A stretch of DNA of 64,000 nucleotides from Candidatus Dojkabacteria bacterium (GTDB lineage Bacteria > Patescibacteriota > Dojkabacteria > B142 > JAFGFJ01), in assembly GCA_016931155.1 (NCBI GenBank), contig JAFGFJ010000002.1:385-64384 (forward strand), in the 5' to 3' direction. The position numbers and the translations under genes were made by a program. Below are positions 60,596 through 64,000 of this stretch, piece by piece (the stretch's first letter is position 1; every line of letters begins with the position of its first letter). The notes under the pieces are model-generated. The model worked only from the letters and a program-made list of their open reading frames with translations. It did not search any database and was not told the DNA's origin.

Positions 60596-63500
60596 ATGTC
60601 CGCTGGAAACGTCCCTATTGAGGGGGTTTTACCAAAACAGAAGACTGAGGAAGCTGGATCCGGAGTCAACGAATCTCCAAAAACTTTTGGACTGATCAAT
60701 AAAACACTTGAACGCTTTGGCATCACTATATCCATAGTAAACGACCCTAAAACCAGCGAACTTTATGAGTCAATGCTTATTGAAATTGAAAAACTTGGAT
60801 CTCAAGCAAACCCAAAGAGCATACTCAATATAATAGCAAGACATGCCTATTCGCTGGGGCTAAAAAAAGATGACTACACGAGACTTATACAGAAAATTAA
60901 ACTTACGAATGAAACAGACGCTCGCAATTTGCTTCCAATCCGAAAAAATGAAGACAGCACATTTGCTAACCTGAAAGAAACTCTGAACAGTTACAGAGTT
61001 TCCCACAAGCGAGTGATGGAGGAATATGTACAGCCCCTTGCGCAGTTGAAAGCAGTCAGACAGATGAAGGCAATGAAATTAAGATCAAGACGAAGAATGA
61101 GAGATAGCGAAAGTGCTTTTCTCAGAGGTACTGCTGCTTACCTGAACTTCCGGGAGCTTAGTGCAAAAGAACAGAAAAGAGTGGTAAAGGAGGGTGCTTT
61201 AAAGGCAGGAGGCAGGGCACTTGCAATTTATGATGATGCTTACAAATGGTTCTGGGATGATTCTGCATTTGGGAAAAAAATGCATGAAATCCGGCAGTCA
61301 AGCATAGATCTTGCGGAGAGGAAGAAAGCTGAGATCACTACACAAATCGGGGAAAAGCTTGATCCTATCAAGGCTCAAGCAAAACAGTTTATTGAAACAC
61401 AGAAAGCCGAAGTCAACAAAAAGCTAGCCCAGCCTGTAACGACAAAGTTAGAAGAGATTGACGCACCAAGGCGATTGTTTGTAAAGAAAGCCGGCACAAG
61501 ACTATTTGATCCTTCCTATTACAGAGAAAAATCATCCAGATGGGAAAAGATTTATCAGAAGACAGGCCAGAGACAAGCAGAATTGTTCGCCAGCAACGGT
61601 CTGGTCAGAAATCTAACTTCTGCCGAAAGGGAAGCAAGGGTTCGTATTTTGAACACACTCAGGAAGAGAAGGAAAAAAGGACTATTTGGGATAGCAACCA
61701 ATCTTCTAATGAAAGTGATGATGGAGCCGGTAAAGATTATTATGAAAACAGCCGGTCTTTCGGCAAAAGTTTCAGGATTTGCAACGAGAGTAAATGCTTT
61801 TTTGAAACCAAGAATAAGTGGTCTCACAAGAGGAGTATCAAAGATCACATCATCAACATTCGGTCTGTTAAAAAAATCCGTTGGTGTCACATCGAGTACA
61901 GTAAAAGCAATTGGGAATGCTGCTCTTCCTACACTATCCGTTTATCTTATTTCGGGAGGTTCCCTGCCTCTTGCAATTGCAACAGGAATAACTGTTACCG
62001 GTGCAAGCCTTACTGAAAAGCTTCTCTCTTCGCCAGATATTCTACCAAAATCCATTGTCAGTAAATTTGGGACTTTTGACGCAAAAGCAGCTCTCGCACT
62101 CAAGGAAATCCCGGATTTAAGCAAGATGAGTACAATGGAGCAGAATATTTTCAAACTAACCAAAGCGGCAGAACTCAAGGGAACACATGCACTGGCATCA
62201 ATGACAAAATCGATTACCACTGCGAGTAATGCGACTGCAGCACTTCTAGTTCTCTCATTTTTGGGATTTCCGATAACACCGGTACAGGCTCTCCTGGTAG
62301 GAGGAGGATCCGGTCTTGCTCACTTTGGTATCTCCAGACTCTACAATCAGGCTCTTACAAATGTAAAAACGAATTTGATGTTTGGCACACTCCGGCAATT
62401 CCCCGGTGGAGCAGTTGTAGGAATGTACATGGGAGGACAATGGATCAGATTTCAGGAAAGGAGACTAAGACAGCTTGGACTTAGTGATTATTTTACCCAG
62501 GAATGGCTGAATCTGAGGCTTGACGGCGGTCTTGGAAACATTATGTCCGGAGCGTCTTTTGGCTTGAGCACCTATCAGTTTGGTCAGTGGGCAAGCAAGA
62601 TGATTGGAAGCGGAGTTGCAAAAGCTACAGGTGTGAATTTTGCCAGGGCTGTCCCATATGTGACCGCCGGTACTATTTTCGGTACAGCCGCAGGCTTTCT
62701 TTTAGCACCACTTCTCGGTCTTACGCCGGGAATCGGAGCACTTATCGGAGGAGCAGTTGGTGGAGTAATTGGAGGAGCAGTTGGCATTGCTGTCGGAAAT
62801 CTGCCCGGAGGATTTTGGGGAAGTCTTACTGGATCAATCCTTGGTTCGACTGTAGGCGCATGGTTTGATACACAGCTCAATAAGATTGGGGCAAGCATTG
62901 CAAGCATGTTTCAGTTGTTCTCAATTCTTCGTTTTTTCGGTCTTATTGCCGGTTTCTTTACTTCACCATTAACCAAAATTAGCTCTCTCCTTGAAATTGT
63001 TATTGCATTTGTTATGGTTGCCGGAATAATTGGAACCTTTTCCGCCTTCGGTCTTAACTCAAGCTCCCTGAACACCCCAACTCAGAATCCAGGTAGTAAT
63101 TCACTAAACAGCTATCAGTCAGCACTGGCGAGTGCCTTTCCGGGAATAACACAAGATATTTTGATGCAAGAAAAAAAAGAAAAGCTGTATTTTTCATTTG
63201 ATGAAGAGCAACCTCAAGTGCAGGCATGTTTTCTTGACGACATAGAGTCGGAAGGATACTACGCTCTTGAAAAAGGTTATTACAATCCAATATGGAAAAA
63301 TTATGGAATATTATTTTTTGGAGAAGCAAAGCTGATAAAAAGTCCAATAGAAGGGATTGTAGTCTATTCAGGTAAAAACAACATCTACAAGAGGGACAAA
63401 AATGGAGATTTCTCAAAAAGTGAAGAAAATACTCTAATAATAACCCAATTGCCGGAGCAAACATATTTCATTGCATTTGATGGGATTGATACCGAGCTTA

Positions 63501-63700
63501 AATCAGAAAATAGAATTAAAAGTGGACAATTACTTGGAACGAGTTCACAAAATTTCAGAGTATCTGTATTTAATTATGCTCAAAACTACAGACCATATAA
63601 CCCCAGAAATGCAACTAATCCTTGCGAACCACTTGATGAAGTGGGTTTTCCGGGATTTGCATGTAATATAATCCCATCGTTCGTTGAAAAGTGTAAATAA
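60596..63700 (+). CDS. Large multi-TM glycine-zipper protein with degenerate M23-like C-terminus
   Basis: Basic helical N-terminal half, GxxxG repeats, and IKSPIEGIVVYSG...KSGQLLG. Confidence 0.7.
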   Translation: MSAGNVPIEGVLPKQKTEEAGSGVNESPKTFGLINKTLERFGITISIVNDPKTSELYESMLIEIEKLGSQANPKSILNIIARHAYSLGLKKDDYTRLIQKIKLTNETDARNLLPIRKNEDSTFANLKETLNSYRVSHKRVMEEYVQPLAQLKAVRQMKAMKLRSRRRMRDSESAFLRGTAAYLNFRELSAKEQKRVVKEGALKAGGRALAIYDDAYKWFWDDSAFGKKMHEIRQSSIDLAERKKAEITTQIGEKLDPIKAQAKQFIETQKAEVNKKLAQPVTTKLEEIDAPRRLFVKKAGTRLFDPSYYREKSSRWEKIYQKTGQRQAELFASNGLVRNLTSAEREARVRILNTLRKRRKKGLFGIATNLLMKVMMEPVKIIMKTAGLSAKVSGFATRVNAFLKPRISGLTRGVSKITSSTFGLLKKSVGVTSSTVKAIGNAALPTLSVYLISGGSLPLAIATGITVTGASLTEKLLSSPDILPKSIVSKFGTFDAKAALALKEIPDLSKMSTMEQNIFKLTKAAELKGTHALASMTKSITTASNATAALLVLSFLGFPITPVQALLVGGGSGLAHFGISRLYNQALTNVKTNLMFGTLRQFPGGAVVGMYMGGQWIRFQERRLRQLGLSDYFTQEWLNLRLDGGLGNIMSGASFGLSTYQFGQWASKMIGSGVAKATGVNFARAVPYVTAGTIFGTAAGFLLAPLLGLTPGIGALIGGAVGGVIGGAVGIAVGNLPGGFWGSLTGSILGSTVGAWFDTQLNKIGASIASMFQLFSILRFFGLIAGFFTSPLTKISSLLEIVIAFVMVAGIIGTFSAFGLNSSSLNTPTQNPGSNSLNSYQSALASAFPGITQDILMQEKKEKLYFSFDEEQPQVQACFLDDIESEGYYALEKGYYNPIWKNYGILFFGEAKLIKSPIEGIVVYSGKNNIYKRDKNGDFSKSEENTLIITQLPEQTYFIAFDGIDTELKSENRIKSGQLLGTSSQNFRVSVFNYAQNYRPYNPRNATNPCEPLDEVGFPGFACNIIPSFVEKCK

Positions 63701-63707
63701 AAACATT

Positions 63708-64000
63708 ATGAAAACTAGACCTCAAAAATTTTTAACTATTCCTATTCTTTTTCTGGTCATCGGTTTTGCAATTTTTATATTTGTCAAAAGTAATAAGCCT
63801 GGACAGCCCAGTGTAAATACAAACAGCACAACAACAGAATCTCTTTCCATAGAACAACCCTTTGACTTCGAAAACAAACAAACCGGCGTTGAATTCAAAA
63901 ACTTGATTCCAAATAATAGTGTCTCAAAACAATTCTCACTTTATGAAGTTGACCCTTATCAGGAGTATTTCCCCTCGGCAAAGCTTGCAAAAGATATAGG
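63708..64000 (+). CDS. Hypothetical membrane-anchored protein, 3'-partial
   Basis: MKTRPQKFLTIPILFLVIGFAIFIFV..., open to the end of the window. Confidence 0.7.
   Translation, partial: MKTRPQKFLTIPILFLVIGFAIFIFVKSNKPGQPSVNTNSTTTESLSIEQPFDFENKQTGVEFKNLIPNNSVSKQFSLYEVDPYQEYFPSAKLAKDI

Noticed and set aside
714-63671. Numerous 60-200 aa ORFs antisense to or overlapping long genes
   Set aside because: These are shadow ORFs with no motifs that conflict with well-supported genes.

Overview
AT-rich bacterial chromosome segment in genetic code 11. Gene content, the MAHTK-type L27, scarce Shine-Dalgarno sites and many apparently leaderless genes suggest a Patescibacteria/CPR organism (inference). 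The backbone carries truB, nth, rodA, rplU-rpmA-pth, asnS, a NagZ-like GH3, uvrA, yvcK, glmS, miaB and typA. Three signals stand out. (1) A 17-codon leader peptide with seven consecutive Asn codons sits in a four-segment transcription attenuator directly upstream of a tRNA-Asn(GTT) gene, which suggests ribosome-mediated attenuation of a tRNA gene. (2) Both tRNA genes (Asn at 9.1 kb, Gln at 44.0 kb) anchor tandem cargo cassettes separated by degenerate copies of the tRNA 3' end followed by conserved peptide-coding tails, with no integrase in the window. (3) An ECF sigma promoter motif recurs inside the neighbouring anti-sigma-like gene and in one cassette. The last 16 kb encode giant ORFan coiled-coil/membrane proteins with small partner genes and a VirB6/TrbL-like protein. 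All calls come from reading the sequence; no searches or folding programs were run.
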